Shown here: piece after piece, positions 61,857-64,000 of the stretch
How the letters are laid out: each line of letters begins with the position of its first letter
How positions within the stretch are numbered: position 1 is the stretch's first letter
Virus record (IMG/VR): IMGVR_UViG_3300020204_000008
Direction: 5' to 3' (one strand)
Origin: a virus
DNA: 64,000 nt
Made by a program: the position numbers and the translations under genes
Notes under the pieces: generated by a model
What the model saw: only the letters and a program-made list of their open reading frames with translations
Told to the model about the DNA's origin: nothing
The model's database searches: none

Positions 61857-62996
61857 ATGGACTTAATCATAGACGGAAACGCCTTTATTAATGTCGCGAT
61901 CAGCGTCACCAAGTCTCTATCTTTCAAAGATAAAAGGACCGGTGACGCTTATTATGTTAATGATCTTTTTAATGATGATGGATTTATACTAAAGGAACAC
62001 GTAAGAGTGACCTTTAGAAATTTCTGTTTTACTTACTTAAATTCCCTAATCACACCGATCTCCTCTCATCCAGAAAGAGTTCATATCGTGTTTGATTCAA
62101 CTAGTTGGAGAAAAGAGTATACTAATGAGTTTTTTAAAAACTCTGACTTTAAGACTTCTTCCGCACCAGCTGAGTTTAAATACAAGGGAAATCGTAAGTA
62201 TGACGACCATCAATATCTCTTCTTTGATTATTTTCAACAAGCGATCATGCCTCAATTGGTAGATCGAGCTGGAATAAATCAATATAAGTTTAGAGGTACT
62301 GAAGGAGATGACATCATTGCATATCTGTGTGACATAATTAACGACGATATTCTGATCTACTCAGTCGATCAGGATTTAAAACAATTGACAGGTACACCCA
62401 ATAAAAACGTGCTACTTATCACACCTAAGCAAATGGCTAAAAGTAAGAGGCTATTTGTCCCGACACAACTTGTTCCAACCGCAGCTGAAGAAGAAGTCGA
62501 TAACTTCTTTTCTATAAACGATGCTCACATCACTGGCGCAACCATTGAAAAGACGATCCTAAATCTTACCGGAAAGGACTATGTTGAACATAAAGTAGAT
62601 TTAGTTGAAGACATATTAAGTAAGATATTATTAGGTGATAAGTCAGACAATATTCCAAAGATAACTAGCGTGTCCCCGGCAAAAGCCAAAAAAGTGATTA
62701 CTGCAGTACAGGAAAAGTTCGGAGAAAGCGTCATTTCTCTACTAGATGACTTGAATGAATCTGTCATCAGTGGAGTAGTTGAAGAGATTCAAATAATCAA
62801 CAAGATTAAAGACCAAGATAAAATAGATGAGATCAGAGAACACCTATTGTTTAACATTAGATTAACTCGTCTCTCCATTAAAGTTTTCCCAGATGAGATC
62901 CTAGAATCTCTAGTTGAATTCTTTAACAATTATCAGATTTCTAGATTTAATTTTAGAGAATTTACTAACTTAAAAAATAATTTATCATCATTATGA
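61857..62996 (+). CDS. rnh: 5'-3' exonuclease / flap endonuclease (T4 RNase H-like)
   Basis: LIIDGN, VFDSTSWRK, YKGNR, EGDDII, SVDQDLKQL, LLGDKSDNIP. Confidence 0.88.
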   Translation: MDLIIDGNAFINVAISVTKSLSFKDKRTGDAYYVNDLFNDDGFILKEHVRVTFRNFCFTYLNSLITPISSHPERVHIVFDSTSWRKEYTNEFFKNSDFKTSSAPAEFKYKGNRKYDDHQYLFFDYFQQAIMPQLVDRAGINQYKFRGTEGDDIIAYLCDIINDDILIYSVDQDLKQLTGTPNKNVLLITPKQMAKSKRLFVPTQLVPTAAEEEVDNFFSINDAHITGATIEKTILNLTGKDYVEHKVDLVEDILSKILLGDKSDNIPKITSVSPAKAKKVITAVQEKFGESVISLLDDLNESVISGVVEEIQIINKIKDQDKIDEIREHLLFNIRLTRLSIKVFPDEILESLVEFFNNYQISRFNFREFTNLKNNLSSL

Positions 62997-63292
62997 AGCC
63001 TCTATATGAAAGAGTATTAGTTAAACCTAAAGATAAGGAGACTAGAACAAAACAAGGAATCATGCTTCCAGAAAAAGCAGTTAAAAAACCAAATATTGGA
63101 GTTGTTATTAACTGCGGCGACGGGACCAAGCATAACGAAATGGTAGTTAAACCTGGAGACCAGATCCTATTCAATAGATATGCTGGACTGGAGTTATTCT
63201 ATAAAGGAGAAAAACATTACGTCATTATGGCAAATGAAATCATTGGAATCTTAGATGATCCGAATGATATTTCTCTCGAAGAATTTAACTAA
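62993..63292 (+). CDS. groES: Co-chaperonin GroES
   Basis: MKPLYERVLVKP...TKQGIMLPE...GDG...VKPGDQILFNRYAG. Confidence 0.95.
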   Translation: MKPLYERVLVKPKDKETRTKQGIMLPEKAVKKPNIGVVINCGDGTKHNEMVVKPGDQILFNRYAGLELFYKGEKHYVIMANEIIGILDDPNDISLEEFN

Positions 63293-63296
63293 AAAG

Positions 63297-63324
63297 AAAG
63301 AGGAGCTAACTGCTCCTCTTTTTT
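63297..63324. terminator. Bidirectional intrinsic terminator between convergent genes
   Basis: AAAGAGGAGC-TAACT-GCTCCTCTTT with flanking A and T tracts. Confidence 0.85.
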
Positions 63325-63931
63325 ATTTTATATCAGTTGATTCAATTAAAGTATAAGAAAATTTATTTCCGTGAATCTTAGAAGCCTTTCTACATATTGC
63401 CATAAAAGCATCAAAGTCTTTTACTCTCTTGAATACTTGACATCCTTCTGACCAATTTTCAACCCAAGTTGAATCTTGACCTGCCTTGTGAATATTAATA
63501 CCAAACATGCCAGTATCTGTCACAGTCTCTTCAAAAATAAGATCTCTATTACCGTCTCTCCATACTGTAACATTATCATTTCTTTGACAAAGGGCCGAAT
63601 ATTTACCTTGATGTAAATCTATTTTATAAACACTTCTATATTGTCCCGGTACTAATCTTGCCACCCCCTTTTTATTATGAAACTGTTGAACTCCTTTTTT
63701 ACCAGGATCACAAGTGGCCAGCCAACAATAAAATTGCCATACTCCTTTTTCATCCTTAAAAGATATTGTAAGACAATCATCAAAAACATTTGTAACTTTT
63801 TTATAGACTGCAGGTGAAGTATTTCTCACACCTACAATATTCACATCATAACTTTTGTTTGACGTGTCTTCGAACCATTTATAACCTTTAGATTTAACAG
63901 CCCTTTCTATTTGTTCTTTAGTGTAACACAT
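63323..63931 (-). CDS. YkuD / L,D-transpeptidase-like cell-wall enzyme (endolysin candidate)
   Basis: GINIHKAG...NWSEGCQV fits the H-x(n)-S-x-G-C catalytic motif. Confidence 0.55.
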   Translation of the reverse strand: MCYTKEQIERAVKSKGYKWFEDTSNKSYDVNIVGVRNTSPAVYKKVTNVFDDCLTISFKDEKGVWQFYCWLATCDPGKKGVQQFHNKKGVARLVPGQYRSVYKIDLHQGKYSALCQRNDNVTVWRDGNRDLIFEETVTDTGMFGINIHKAGQDSTWVENWSEGCQVFKRVKDFDAFMAICRKASKIHGNKFSYTLIESTDIK

Positions 63932-64000
63932 AATCTTTATTTTTTATTATTTATGACTCTATTCAAAGCCCAATCCCCAATTGTGATAGAAGTCGCCTAT

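Overview
This window is a 64-kb segment of a large T4-like (myovirus-type) jumbo phage genome in the standard genetic code. The host is probably a member of Bacteroidota, an inference from A-rich leaders without Shine-Dalgarno motifs, an Hc1-type histone-like protein and a lipoprotein with a T9SS-like C-terminus. Positions 1-47230 are mostly on the minus strand and hold virion and packaging genes: terminase subunits, gp6-, gp26/gp51-, gp3-, gp15- and gp14-like proteins, large tail/baseplate proteins, membrane or lysis candidates, a glycosyltransferase-sulfotransferase operon, an ECF-like sigma factor, a gp55-like late sigma factor and a RuvC-like nuclease. Positions 47445-63292 are on the plus strand and hold UvsE, nucleases, GroEL and GroES, an S1-domain protein, NrdB and NrdA, a gp32-like SSB and a 5'-3' exonuclease. 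Four signals read from the DNA stand out. (1) About 10 unrelated small proteins share a T4-like capsid-targeting peptide, and a ~110-bp duplicated terminator + late promoter + tag cassette brackets a tyrosine phosphatase, suggesting plug-in recruitment of virion cargo. (2) Two promoter classes, RAAC-N15-17-GTATAA and ATAAATA, map onto the two phage sigma factors and suggest an ECF-to-gp55 cascade. (3) There is a candidate +1/-2 frameshift joining the gp26-like and gp51-like genes. (4) A palindrome-rich element sits at the strand switch. All family calls come from motif recognition by eye; no database searches were run.
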